From Bacilli bacterium (GTDB lineage: Bacteria; Bacillota_I; Bacilli_A; RF39; UBA660), in NCBI GenBank assembly GCA_017460745.1, contig JAFUAL010000045.1:75741-139740 (forward strand): DNA of 64,000 bases, in the 5' to 3' direction. Below are positions 42,348 to 53,334 of this stretch, piece by piece (position 1 is the first letter of the stretch; each line of letters opens with the position of its first letter). Under the pieces are notes generated by a model. The model was not told where the DNA came from and did no database searches. It was given only the letters and a program-made list of their open reading frames with translations. The position numbers were made by a program, and so were the translations under genes.

Positions 42348-42665
42348 ATGTATATAACAATTAAAAGTATAAAAAAGACTTTAGGTAAATTTATAGAAAT
42401 GACAGACTTATATATTGGACTTCCTATGCTTATGATTTTTTTAGTATTGTTTGCTTTTACTAATTTAAAAATTGAAGCATTAATGTTCTTATCTGTTTGT
42501 GCATTTTTATTAATACCTATAAATCTTTCTAAGAAGAATCGTATGTATAAAGTTGTGATTCTTCTTTTTAATTATTTATTTAGAAACAAAAATTATTGTT
42601 TCTTTAATGAAGAACTTAAAGATAGTAAAATTAAAACTTTAAGTAAATATATAAAAGCAAATTAA
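42348..42665 (+). CDS. PrgI/VirB3-like membrane protein
   Basis: Two TMs, positioned between VirB6-like and VirB4. Confidence 0.55.
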   Translation: MYITIKSIKKTLGKFIEMTDLYIGLPMLMIFLVLFAFTNLKIEALMFLSVCAFLLIPINLSKKNRMYKVVILLFNYLFRNKNYCFFNEELKDSKIKTLSKYIKAN

Positions 42666-42685
42666 AAAGAAAGTAAGGTGATAAT

Positions 42686-45155
42686 ATCGGGTTATTCCCT
42701 AAAAAAGAGAAAAAATCAAATAAAGATCAAGTTTTAGATAAACAAAAGAAAAAACTTGATAAACAACAACCTAAGTTTGTAATTAAAAAACGAATGAAAA
42801 AAAGAATTAAAAACTCTCAAATATTTTCAAATGTTAAGTCAGTTGCAGATGATGGTTTAATAAATTTAAAAACTGGTGAAGTTGCATCTTTAATAGAAGT
42901 TAAGGCTATTGATTTATCCTTAACTTCTAAATCAGAGAAGCAAAACTTTTTTTATGCTCTAAAAAGTTTATATCAAGTAAAAGGACTTAATCTTAAATGT
43001 TATAAGTTAGATCAAAAAAATAAATCTTAATAATAACAAAATTAATTTAGATGAATTAATTGATTATTATAAGGAAGATACACAAAAACATAAATTACTT
43101 GATGAAAGTAAAAGATTAATAGAAGAATTGGAAGAAAATCACTACACTATATCTAGTGTATATTATTTAGTTGTAATTGCTAAAGACTTAAATATCTTAG
43201 AAAAGCAATTAGATGAAATTGAAGATATTATTGCAAATATACAGCCTAGAATTAATATGGAGGTAATTGATAACAGATTAGAAATATATAAATTCTTAAC
43301 TAATTTATATATGAATCCTAAAGCATTGGATGATTTAATCTGGAGTGATTTACCATCATTACTTTCCCCACTAAATATACAAGAAAGAACTAATATGCTT
43401 AAAATTGATGATATAGAGGCTCAAATGGTTACTATTAAAAATATTCCACCTTTTGTTGATGAGTTATTCTTTGAAGAAATATTTAATGTTCCAGATGTAA
43501 GGGCTTGTATTAGTATTAAAGATGCTATTAGTCAAGATGAGCTAGTTCGTTGGGTAAATTCACAATATCAGTTTTTACTATCTGATAGAAGCACTACCAA
43601 AAAATTAAGTGATGCTACTGAATTAGATACTCAAAAAGAAAACTTCCAACAATTAATGTTAGAAATCAAAAATGGTGATGAGAAGATTAAAGAAGTTTCT
43701 TTAACTCTTATTATTACTGGTACTAGAAAAGAAAGAGAAAATACATTTAGAGATTTAAAAAGACTTGTAGATAGATACCAAATAAAACTTGATATTCCAA
43801 AATTAAGACAAATGGAGTGTTGGCAAAACTTTGATCTTACTACATTATCTTTAAATGATTATTCTATCTATTTACCTACTTTAACATTAAGTGCAGGTTT
43901 TCCATTTACCAAAACTTATTTTAATGATTCTAAAGGCTATATGTTAGGTGTGGATTTACATACTTCTTTACCTATATTCTTTGATCCATTTACTTTAAAT
44001 AATCAAAGAACTTCTCATAATATAGCAATAGTTTCATCTACTGGTGGTGGTAAAAGTTTTACTATGAAAAAAATGATTATTAATGAATATGCTCGTGGTA
44101 CTAAAATTTTTATTTGGGATGCAGAAAACGAATATAAAAATTTAGTTATTTCTAATGGTGGTGAATATATAGATCTCTACTCTAAAAAGGGTGGTATTAT
44201 TAATCCACTTCAAATTAGATATATTCCTAGTGATGATGAAGATAAAGAAACAAAAGAAACAGATTGTCCTTTAGCAAAACATTTAGGTTTTCTAGAGGCA
44301 TTCTTTAAAACTGCTTTTGAGAATATTACTGAAAAAGAATTAGTAATGTTATTATCAGTAGTTGAATCTTTATATAATACTAAGGGAATATTTAAAAATA
44401 CATCTATTAATACTTTACAAAGTTTAAGTCCTACTGATTATCCAATATTTAGTGAGCTATATGAATATTTACCAGTTTATAAAAAGCAATTAGATAGTAA
44501 TGAGAAAAAGAAATTAATAGATCAATTAGAAATATTAGTTTCTAGATTTTTAACTGGAACTGATTCATTCCTATTTGATGGTCATACTAATATTGATTTA
44601 TCAAATGATTTAATTGCTTTCAATTTACAAGAATTATTATATAGTGGAAATCAAAGACTAATTAATACTCAAACATTAAATTTACTTACTTACCTAAATA
44701 ATAGTATTGTTGCAAATAAAATACAAAATGAAAAATCTGGTAATAAGAAAAAACATATAAGTATTGTAGTTGATGAATTCCACTTATTCATTGATGAGAA
44801 CAATAATGAAGTTCTTAAAAATTTTGGACAACTTGCTCGTAGAGTTCGTAAGTATTCTACAAATTTAGTTGTCAGCACTCAAAGTGTAAAAGACTTTGTA
44901 GGTAATGCTAGTGTATTAAGACACGCAACAGCTATTTTCAATAACTGCCAATATACTATGGTTGGTATGTTAAAAGAAGATGATTTACTAGCATACTTAG
45001 AATTATTTAAAAATAATCCACTTACAGATACTCAAAAAGCATTCTTATTATCTGCTAAACGAGGTGAATTCCTACTTAATGTAGATAATAAAAATAGACT
45101 TAGAGTTTGGATTCGTGCTACTGAATTAGAACGAACTATGATGGGAGAAAACTAA
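42686..45155 (+). pseudogene. virB4: VirB4/TraE ATPase, frameshifted near the 5' end
   Basis: SSTGGGKS, WDAENEY, INPL, VVDEFH, STQS; removing one A from A7 (43014-43020) joins ORF 42794 to ORF 43128 without stops; possible ATC start at 42686. Confidence 0.8.
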
Positions 45156-45478
45156 TGGATACTAATTATAAATATGAGGATGATTTAGCAGTAGAATTAG
45201 TAAATTATGCTAAGGATTTTGATCCTTATGAATATAACGATGCTTATGATAATGATGATCGTGCTTTTGAAGATATGAAAAAAAGCTTATTTTCAAAAGA
45301 TGGTATTGAAGTTTTAATTGAATCACTATGTAATGATATTCATTATTTTGCTAGTGAAAATGATTTAAGCAATAAAGATATTTCTGATTTATCTAAAAGA
45401 GCATATAATCTACTTACTAAACTTAATCAGTATTCTAAAACATTAGAAAAGCAAGAAGATAAAGAGATGGATATGTAA
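45155..45478 (+). CDS. hypothetical acidic protein
   Basis: Translationally coupled ORF. Confidence 0.55.
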   Translation: MDTNYKYEDDLAVELVNYAKDFDPYEYNDAYDNDDRAFEDMKKSLFSKDGIEVLIESLCNDIHYFASENDLSNKDISDLSKRAYNLLTKLNQYSKTLEKQEDKEMDM

Positions 45479-46383
45479 TGAAAAAAATACTAGCCTTACT
45501 CTTATCATCTACTACTGGATTAATTATTCTTTTATTAATTATATTAGTTCCAGTTTTAATGATACTTGATTTTTTTGGTGCAAATATAACAGATGGTTAT
45601 GTTGAGGATAATATGGAATATGCAGAGCAATATAAGTCTGTTGTAAATAAAAATGTCAAAAATAATAATGGTTATGTGTCTTTAGAAAGAATTTTATATT
45701 TTTATCTTGAAGATGAAAAACTAACTTTTGATGAAATATATTCAGATAACTTAGATAAAGAAAGTAAAAAAATGTTGCCTATAAGTGATGTTTGTGAGCT
45801 TTCAAAATATAAGAATTTTGATGTATGCAAAGATGAAAATATTTTAGAAAGTGGTCAGATAAATGAAGAACAAGAAAAGCCATTTTCCTCACCAATAGAT
45901 TTTACTAGTTCTAGTGTAACTAGTTTTTTTATGGAACAAAGAGTTGTCTTTGGTAAAGATGATGTTCATGAAGCATGGGATCTTGCAAACTCAGCCCAAA
46001 CACCAGTTTATTCAACTTGTGATGGAAAAGTTGAATCTGTATCTTTTACTCAAAGCCAAAATGTAACTGATACTTCTAATGGTGGTGGAAATCAAATTAA
46101 GATAAGTTGTGAAGTAAATGATTTGACTTATCAAGTTTGGTATGCTCATCTTTATCCAAATAGTGCCAAAGTTTCTAAAGGACAGCCAGTAACTAAAGGA
46201 CAACAAATTGCTAGTGTTGGAACTACTGGTTATAGTACTGGGAATCATTTACATTATCAAGTTTCATTAGATGGTAAAACAATAGATGGTATGAGTTTAA
46301 TTGATTTTACTTATGAGAATGATAATACATTTAAACCTAATATTGATTATCCTAGTCCATCTTTACCATCCTATAAAAATTAA
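45478..46383 (+). CDS. M23 metallopeptidase (conjugative cell-wall hydrolase)
   Basis: HEAWD, GGNQI, YAHL, GTTGYSTGNHLHY; N-terminal TM. Confidence 0.88.
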   Translation: MKKILALLLSSTTGLIILLLIILVPVLMILDFFGANITDGYVEDNMEYAEQYKSVVNKNVKNNNGYVSLERILYFYLEDEKLTFDEIYSDNLDKESKKMLPISDVCELSKYKNFDVCKDENILESGQINEEQEKPFSSPIDFTSSSVTSFFMEQRVVFGKDDVHEAWDLANSAQTPVYSTCDGKVESVSFTQSQNVTDTSNGGGNQIKISCEVNDLTYQVWYAHLYPNSAKVSKGQPVTKGQQIASVGTTGYSTGNHLHYQVSLDGKTIDGMSLIDFTYENDNTFKPNIDYPSPSLPSYKN

Positions 46384-46397
46384 TAAAAATAATAATT

Positions 46398-46615
46398 TAG
46401 GATGAAAACACGAAAGTAAAACACCCCTAAAATAAAAGGAAAAATAAGATATTAACCTTAATATCAACCTACGAAGTAGGATGAATTTCGTAAGTACGAA
46501 ATAAGAATAGCCCCATAACAAACCCTTATGAAATAAGGACAAAGTTTGTTTTGTGGGGCTATCTTCTTATCCTGCTTTTTTAGATACCTTACAATTTAGG
46601 GGTGTTTTCATCCTA
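46398..46615. promoter_or_regulatory. candidate oriT with nested inverted repeats
   Basis: AAAACACCCCTAAA/TTTAGGGGTGTTTT, TAGGATGAAAACAC/GTGTTTTCATCCTA, TAGCCCCA/TGGGGCTA, CCTTAT/ATAAGG; upstream of the relaxase operon. Confidence 0.55.
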
Positions 46616-46633
46616 TTAAAGATTGGAGGTCTT

Positions 46634-46813
46634 ATGAAAATATTTAAGTTATATTTGCCATTAGATCTATTTAATAGAATTAAATTAATGGCTACATATT
46701 ATAAAGTTTCAATTTCTAAAACTATGACACAGTTATTAGAAATTGGTTATTTAGAAATGATAAAACAAGGAGGTTATGATAATGAAATCGGAACAAAAAC
46801 TAACGATAAATAA
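46634..46813 (+). CDS. small ribbon-helix-helix-like protein
   Basis: FKLYLPLDLFNRIK...SISKTM..LL; GGAGG RBS. Confidence 0.55.
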   Translation: MKIFKLYLPLDLFNRIKLMATYYKVSISKTMTQLLEIGYLEMIKQGGYDNEIGTKTNDK

Positions 46814-47219
46814 ATTAATAGCAAATGATATTGTAAACTATGCTTTAGATGATGCAGTATGTGAAAACTATAATGTATCATTAGAAACATACTTAAAAAA
46901 CTTTGATGAAGAATCAAAAAAATATATAAATGAAAATATTGATATCATACTCAAAGATATTGAAAATCATGAAAGTGTTCTTGATTTAGAGGTTAGAAAA
47001 GATGATAAAGTAACAGAAATTGATATGATTTTTTATATTGAAAAATTATATAGTAATGAAGTTGAAAAACGAATTGGTGATACTGCTGAAGTTCTTGGTG
47101 TTAAAATTGAACTACCAGAGATTCAAGATATGGCAGTCAAAATTTTAGATGATGATGAGTTTAATGATGACTTGATAAATCGTTTAAAATATTTTGATAA
47201 GGGAAAGGATCTATGTTAA
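46776..47219 (+). CDS. hypothetical protein
   Basis: ORF in the relaxase operon. Confidence 0.5.
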   Translation: MIMKSEQKLTINKLIANDIVNYALDDAVCENYNVSLETYLKNFDEESKKYINENIDIILKDIENHESVLDLEVRKDDKVTEIDMIFYIEKLYSNEVEKRIGDTAEVLGVKIELPEIQDMAVKILDDDEFNDDLINRLKYFDKGKDLC

Positions 47220-47620
47220 TGAAAATTCGTTTATATACCGATGCTGAAATTGCTAAATTAGAGCAATCTGTTTTTGTTAGAAGTGTAAAGTATAAACGAG
47301 AATTAGAATACGAGCCATTATTCAAATTATGGACTATTGTATTAAAACATGATTTTCCAGAACTTACTGCAAGAGAAATCTTTGCTCGTGGTGGATTAGA
47401 TATAAATATACTTCATAAAAAACTACCACAAAGAAGAATTAAGGAATGGATGGATAATTATAAAAAGTTTGGTATAAGATACTTCTTACCAGAAAATGAA
47501 TATTATAAAAGTATTACTTATACTAAAGATAATCAAGTTTATTATGATAGTTTAAAATTACAACTTATGGATTTTGTCTTAAATAGATTAAAGGAAATAA
47601 GCAATGAAGAAAATAGATAA
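47213..47620 (+). CDS. hypothetical protein
   Basis: ORF in the relaxase operon. Confidence 0.5.
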   Translation: MLMKIRLYTDAEIAKLEQSVFVRSVKYKRELEYEPLFKLWTIVLKHDFPELTAREIFARGGLDINILHKKLPQRRIKEWMDNYKKFGIRYFLPENEYYKSITYTKDNQVYYDSLKLQLMDFVLNRLKEISNEENR

Positions 47621-47924
47621 ACATATTTATTTTACTAATGAAGAATATGCTCGTATTAAAGATTATCAAGATAAGAACAAATTGTCTTTCTCAGAGGCAG
47701 TTTGTTCTCTTTCTATATCTGCTTTAAATGGTAGTGATATTTTAGATAGAATTAATAAATTAGAATCTAGTTTAAATTACATTATTAAGAAATTAATATA
47801 TGTTTCATCTTTAGGTGAGCAAATATATTCTGATATGGATTTTGATAATTTAACAGATCCTAAAAATAGTAAAGCCTTAATTGAATTTCATAAAAAGATG
47901 AGGAATAATTATATAGATGACTAA
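47604..47924 (+). CDS. relaxosome accessory (RHH/MobC-like) protein
   Basis: HIYFTNEEY..IK...LSFSE; overlaps the relaxase start. Confidence 0.55.
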   Translation: MKKIDKHIYFTNEEYARIKDYQDKNKLSFSEAVCSLSISALNGSDILDRINKLESSLNYIIKKLIYVSSLGEQIYSDMDFDNLTDPKNSKALIEFHKKMRNNYIDD

Positions 47925-49227
47925 TAGTCCTAAAGTTATATTTAACTCTATTTTTACTTTTGCTTTAAATAACCCAGATAGTAAATATAGAAATCATAAT
48001 AAAAGTATTATGAGAGTTAAAAAAATGTTTGATTATTATACTAATGAAGAAAAAAGAGCTATGTCTATGTTTGATTATTATACTGGTAAACTTACTAAAG
48101 AAGATACAATGAATTTAGTTATAGAAAATGGTAAATTTGCTACTGAAAAAGAAGTTGATAAAAGAAAAAAGTTAGCAGTTAAATACTTAGAAAATTCTAA
48201 TCTATGGCAAGGTGTATTATCTTTTAATAATGATTATTTAAATGAAAATATTGATGTACATAAATTAGAGCAAGAACTTGCTACTAACATATTACCTAAG
48301 TTCTTTAAAAAATGTGGTTTTAAAGATCCTAAAAAAATGTTTTATCAACTAGCACTTCATACTGATACAGATAATTTACACTTTCATTTTTCATTTATGG
48401 AAAAAGAGCCTAACTATGAATATACAAAAAATAAAGTTGGTTATCGTAGAACTGGTGAGCTATCTCAAAGTGAAATTGATTTTTTAAAAGCACAAGTTAT
48501 CCATACAATAGAAAAAGAAAAGATATATACCCCTTTAGTTATAGAAACTAATAAAGAAATTGAAGAATTAAAAAAGTATTTTAATCCTAAGGAAAAAAAT
48601 TATCTTTTAAGAAATAAAAAAGATTTAATACTTGAAGAAAAGATATTAAGACTTGGTCAGTTACTTTATAATGATAGACTTGGTAAAGATACTAAAATAA
48701 AGTATGTATCAATTAAGAATAAAGAAATAATATCTCTAACTAAAGATATTAAGAATTATATCTTTTCTAAATCAAATGATAATTTTAAATTGGAATATGA
48801 TAATTTTAAAAAATCATTAAATAAGATAAATGATTATTTCTACAAGATTAATGAAGATAATAATATCAAAGATATTAATGTAGATACTACTGCCATTGAT
48901 AATAAAAATAAGCATGTAGATAATTATATCTATAATGCTATTGTAAACTATGCAAATTATAATTACAAAAAGGAATCTAAAAATATATCTAAAATTAAAG
49001 AAAATGATATTATACAAGAAATTATACTAAAGCATTATCTTAATAATAAAAAACAAACTAGAAAAGATATATTAAAAAATTATTTATCTAATCCTAGTCC
49101 AAAACAACAATTTAGAAATAAAAAAGAAATAGAAAATGCTATTAGAAATATTAATGATGAAATGGAAGAAGCACAAAAGAAATTCAGTAAATTATTTCAA
49201 GATAACTCATATAATAAAAATCTATAA
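47917..49227 (+). CDS. relaxase (MobP2/MobL-like)
   Basis: FDYY, LWQGVLSF, LHTDTDNLHFHFSFMEKEP (HUH). Confidence 0.82.
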   Translation: MTNSPKVIFNSIFTFALNNPDSKYRNHNKSIMRVKKMFDYYTNEEKRAMSMFDYYTGKLTKEDTMNLVIENGKFATEKEVDKRKKLAVKYLENSNLWQGVLSFNNDYLNENIDVHKLEQELATNILPKFFKKCGFKDPKKMFYQLALHTDTDNLHFHFSFMEKEPNYEYTKNKVGYRRTGELSQSEIDFLKAQVIHTIEKEKIYTPLVIETNKEIEELKKYFNPKEKNYLLRNKKDLILEEKILRLGQLLYNDRLGKDTKIKYVSIKNKEIISLTKDIKNYIFSKSNDNFKLEYDNFKKSLNKINDYFYKINEDNNIKDINVDTTAIDNKNKHVDNYIYNAIVNYANYNYKKESKNISKIKENDIIQEIILKHYLNNKKQTRKDILKNYLSNPSPKQQFRNKKEIENAIRNINDEMEEAQKKFSKLFQDNSYNKNL

Positions 49228-49300
49228 TTGACAAGATATGACAATTTTGTTATGTTTATTTTGTCAGTTGAGCAGTAATGTAGTACAACTGATGTAGTAT

Positions 49301-49330
49301 AGCATCTGCTAGTATAGGGATGCTTTTTTT
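49301..49330 (+). terminator. intrinsic terminator
   Basis: AGCATC...GATGCT + T run. Confidence 0.6.
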
Positions 49331-49433
49331 ATTTTGAAAAAAATGTTATAATTATATAGAAAAAAAGAAACTAAACTAACAGTCGAGTTCATATCTATTT
49401 TTTTATAGTATAATGGTTTTGAGGTGAGTAATT

Positions 49434-50450
49434 ATGGATAACAATAAAATAGGAAAATTTATTGCATCTCGTAGAAAAGAAAAAGGCTTAACACAACAAG
49501 AACTTGGTAATAATTTATTTGTAACCGATAAAGCAGTTAGTAAGTGGGAACGAGGATTAAGTTTACCAGATATAACTATCATTGAAAAGTTGGCAAATGA
49601 GTTAGATACAGATATTTATAGTATTCTACAAGTAGAAAAAAAGGATGATATAAATATTGAAAAAATTTTACAAGAAGAAAGAATAAAAATTAAAAGACAA
49701 TTAAAAAGAAAAACACTAATATTTGTATTACCAATCATTTTTGTTGGTTGTATTATCTTATTTAAACTAATCCCTTTTGGTTATAATATTGAACATATAA
49801 GATATACTCATACTGAAAATAAAATAATTAATTTAGGTGTTCCCAAATTTTCATTTCTAAAAAAGAATAATGAAAATAGTTATTCTTATAAAAGTTTTAG
49901 AGGAAAAAGTATATTAAAAAGTGAATTAAAAAATTATGTAAATACTTTGGAGCATATTTCTTGCAATAACACTACATATTTTTATGATTCTGATGCTAAT
50001 ATTACTATTATTGATTATTATGTTAAAGGAAATATATTTTATAATACTATTTCTTATAATATTAGAAATGGAAACTATTGTAATGATTGGCAAATAAAAG
50101 AATATTCTAAAAAATTAGGAGTATTGAATGCATTTCGTACTTTGTATGACGAGGAATCAAACTTAATAATACAATTTTTACCTAGTTTAAAAATTAATAA
50201 TAATCAAAATGAATGGATTGCTACTTTAGATATTTATTATAATGATGGGAAAACTAAAAAAGTGATTGAAAGATCATCTGGAACATTTGAAATTATAAAT
50301 GATGAATTGATTTATTATAGAACTAAAATCATGGAACATGAGAATGATATAGAAATTCCAAATGTTTCAAACTTTGTTATAAAGGAACAAAAATTAATAC
50401 TAAAAGAAAACTATCTAAAAGATTATGAAAAAAGTATTACATTAAAATAA
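49434..50450 (+). CDS. XRE HTH-TM-extracellular domain regulator
   Basis: IGKFIA..RKEKGLTQ..VTDKAVSKWERG..LPD then a TM helix. Confidence 0.85.
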   Translation: MDNNKIGKFIASRRKEKGLTQQELGNNLFVTDKAVSKWERGLSLPDITIIEKLANELDTDIYSILQVEKKDDINIEKILQEERIKIKRQLKRKTLIFVLPIIFVGCIILFKLIPFGYNIEHIRYTHTENKIINLGVPKFSFLKKNNENSYSYKSFRGKSILKSELKNYVNTLEHISCNNTTYFYDSDANITIIDYYVKGNIFYNTISYNIRNGNYCNDWQIKEYSKKLGVLNAFRTLYDEESNLIIQFLPSLKINNNQNEWIATLDIYYNDGKTKKVIERSSGTFEIINDELIYYRTKIMEHENDIEIPNVSNFVIKEQKLILKENYLKDYEKSITLK

Positions 50451-50451
50451 G

Positions 50452-51582
50452 GTGATGATTATGAAAAAAATATTAAATAAAATAAAAAACAATATATTTA
50501 TTTATGATTTACTTTTTATTGGTATTAATATATTAATTAATTTTATCTTATATTTAATGAATATGAGATTTAGGCTTTGGGTTATTATTCTTATAATTTT
50601 AATATCTATTACTGGATTTATAGTTGGTATATTTCAACAAATATATATATCTTCTAATAATAAAAAGAAAGTTGTGATTTTTTCGTTGTTAGGAACTATC
50701 CCTTTTATATTGCTTTTTGTTATTCTTATGCCTATTATTGGATTTGTTGCAATTTTTAGTTATAAACCTGAACATACCACAACTTTAGATAATAAGAAAT
50801 ATGTTGCAGTTGTTTCTTCCTTTCTTCATGTTGATGTTGATTATTATGATTCTTATGGTTTCCTTTTAATGGGAACAAAAGTAAAAGTGCATGGTGACTT
50901 TGGTAAAGGTGGATATGATCCTTTTGATAATCCAAATGTTCCAGATAGTGTTGAATATACATATTATGATAATAATGGTAAAATAAAATCTAAAAGAACA
51001 GAAACTTTTGTTAAAAATAAAGATGGAAAAATAATAGATAAAAATAATTATAATATAGATATTGATAAATCTGATAGTATAGATGATAGTGATAATTATT
51101 TACTACCAGAAAATGAAGAAGTATTATATGAAAAAAAATTTGACAAGACAATATTAAGATTTAGTAAAGTTGATAATGTTTTAGGTCAAAATATGTTAGT
51201 CCATGTTTTAAGAAGTAAAGATAAAGGTAAAAACTTTTATGTTGTATCTGATGATGTAATTCAAGTTAGTAATGAGGCAAAATTTATTTTCCTAAATGAA
51301 AACTTAGGATTTGCTATTTCTACTGGTAAAGTTTACTTAGATAATAATAAAACAGGTTTATATGTTACTAGTGATAGTGGTAAAACTTTTATATCTGCTA
51401 GTTTTAAATATACAAATGAAAATGCTGATTATATTAGTATAGAGGGAGTTCCCTATTATAAGGAAAATAAATTAAAGATAAAATGTTCAGTTTATCAAAT
51501 TAATTCAAATAAGGATGGTTATGAAAATAAAGAATTAATATTTATTAGTAATGATAATGGATTAACTTGGAATTTAGAATAA
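50452..51582 (+). CDS. membrane protein with BNR/Asp-box repeats
   Basis: Three TMs; SKDKGKNF, TSDSGKTF, SNDNGLTW. Confidence 0.7.
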   Translation: MMIMKKILNKIKNNIFIYDLLFIGINILINFILYLMNMRFRLWVIILIILISITGFIVGIFQQIYISSNNKKKVVIFSLLGTIPFILLFVILMPIIGFVAIFSYKPEHTTTLDNKKYVAVVSSFLHVDVDYYDSYGFLLMGTKVKVHGDFGKGGYDPFDNPNVPDSVEYTYYDNNGKIKSKRTETFVKNKDGKIIDKNNYNIDIDKSDSIDDSDNYLLPENEEVLYEKKFDKTILRFSKVDNVLGQNMLVHVLRSKDKGKNFYVVSDDVIQVSNEAKFIFLNENLGFAISTGKVYLDNNKTGLYVTSDSGKTFISASFKYTNENADYISIEGVPYYKENKLKIKCSVYQINSNKDGYENKELIFISNDNGLTWNLE

Positions 51583-51608
51583 CTAAACATTTGAGGAGTG
51601 TTAATTTT

Positions 51609-52130
51609 ATGAGGAAAAAAATATTTTTAATTGGTTCATTGCTATTAATAGTTTTGTCGGTGGGATGTTCAAAAAATGATATTAAGATAGAATATAAGGA
51701 TGATATAGAACATCAATTTTCTAACAATTATACATATAAATTTGTAGGTGAATCAGAACATTTTTATTTTCAGACAGGTAAGGTGTATTATAATAACAAC
51801 GAAAGAGAAATATTAATTAGTAATTTTAATTTTAAAAAATCAATGAACAAAAATATTACTTATTTAGTTAATCTATATTTTAATAACAGATTATTATATG
51901 GTAATGAATATGGAAAAGTAGATATGAATCAAAAAGAGTATAAGGATGTTGTTATAGGAGAAAATGGTTTATTAGGAGAAAAAGACAAAAATGGTAATGT
52001 TATTGGCGAATCTGATTCTTTTCTGGAAACAACAAAGGAAACTTTTAAAGATAGTATTAAATTAGAAATAATATATTGTCAAAATAAAAAGTGTTATACA
52101 GAAGAAATGAAATTTACCTATATTCAATAA
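51609..52130 (+). CDS. lipoprotein
   Basis: MRKK-hydrophobic-SVGC lipobox. Confidence 0.7.
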   Translation: MRKKIFLIGSLLLIVLSVGCSKNDIKIEYKDDIEHQFSNNYTYKFVGESEHFYFQTGKVYYNNNEREILISNFNFKKSMNKNITYLVNLYFNNRLLYGNEYGKVDMNQKEYKDVVIGENGLLGEKDKNGNVIGESDSFLETTKETFKDSIKLEIIYCQNKKCYTEEMKFTYIQ

Positions 52131-52131
52131 T

Positions 52132-52533
52132 ATGGAGGGAAAAATGGAGTTTAATGATGAAGAAGAAATTATTAAAACTAAGAGCAAAATGTATACTATA
52201 ACTATTTTATCGGTTATAGGGGTTATAATTTTATTTATTACTATATTTGTATTTTCAGTTAAATCTTTCTTTAATGATGCTTCTAATCATAAATATTATG
52301 TTTTAGATGTAAATACTGAAAACAAGGACAAAATTATTTCTCTTTTGAAAGAGGAAAATATAAAATATTGTGAATCAATTTATAAAATAGAATATGAACA
52401 ATTATTTCCAAATGATAAAAGTGCTAAAATATATTGCCGAAATGAGAAAGATGTAGAATTTACTATTTCTGATAATAAAGAGAGCCAACTTGCTAATTAT
52501 ATTTATAATAATGGAATTTTAGAAAGGAAATAA
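52132..52533 (+). CDS. membrane-anchored hypothetical protein
   Basis: Single TM. Confidence 0.55.
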   Translation: MEGKMEFNDEEEIIKTKSKMYTITILSVIGVIILFITIFVFSVKSFFNDASNHKYYVLDVNTENKDKIISLLKEENIKYCESIYKIEYEQLFPNDKSAKIYCRNEKDVEFTISDNKESQLANYIYNNGILERK

Positions 52534-52541
52534 TATAGTTT

Positions 52542-52997
52542 ATGAGTAAAAAAATAAAGTTTATAATAATACCTTTAATTATTTTATTAATTATTTTTCT
52601 ATCTTTTATCTTATTAAATAGATATAATAAAGCAAATGAAAAGAGATTAAATGAAAATAGGTATAATGAGATAAGAAAAAGTGTGGAAAAAGCAGTCAAA
52701 TGGAATATAGGTGCTATGTATCCTAATTGTGAAATATCTGATGGTTTTAAAGATTTATCAGGTACACACTATAATTCATCATTTTTAATAAATAATGGTT
52801 ACATAAAGAAAGAGGAATTATTAGATATAGATAATAAATCATATTGTGATGTATATGTAGATATAAGCACAGAGTATAAAGATAAGTTAGATCATCAAAG
52901 AGATTGTAAAATTTACTATAGGATTTATTTAAAATGTAATGAATATGCAGATAAAGGATATATAGATTGGGATGAGGGATTTGAGTCAAGGAATTGA
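52542..52997 (+). CDS. membrane-anchored hypothetical protein
   Basis: N-terminal TM; LINNGYI and YLKC segments with paired Cys. Confidence 0.55.
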   Translation: MSKKIKFIIIPLIILLIIFLSFILLNRYNKANEKRLNENRYNEIRKSVEKAVKWNIGAMYPNCEISDGFKDLSGTHYNSSFLINNGYIKKEELLDIDNKSYCDVYVDISTEYKDKLDHQRDCKIYYRIYLKCNEYADKGYIDWDEGFESRN

Positions 52998-53015
52998 TAA
53001 ATTACAATTAATCGA

Positions 53016-53046
53016 GCAGATCATGTTATAAGTGATCTGTTTTTTT
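53016..53046 (+). terminator. intrinsic terminator
   Basis: GCAGATCA...TGATCTGT + T run. Confidence 0.65.
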
Positions 53047-53070
53047 ATACAATAAATTTTAAAAGGAGGA

Positions 53071-53334
53071 ATGTTTATAAATAAAATTGGAAAAATATTA
53101 AAACAAGAAAGATTAAAAAATAATTTAACTTTAGAAGCACTATCTAATATTTCTAATATCTCTATCTCTACTCTTAGTAAGCTGGAAAATGATAAGATAA
53201 GAAATGTTAGTAGTGTTTATTTATATAGATTAAGTAATATATTAAATATAGATTATGAATATTTAACTAGGCAAAGGTGGGATATATTTCCTACCTTTTT
53301 TTATGAAAGGAATCATAAATTTGCAAGTAAATAA
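53071..53334 (+). CDS. XRE-family HTH protein
   Basis: IGKILKQER...LTLEALS...STLSKLEN. Confidence 0.8.
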   Translation: MFINKIGKILKQERLKNNLTLEALSNISNISISTLSKLENDKIRNVSSVYLYRLSNILNIDYEYLTRQRWDIFPTFFYERNHKFASK

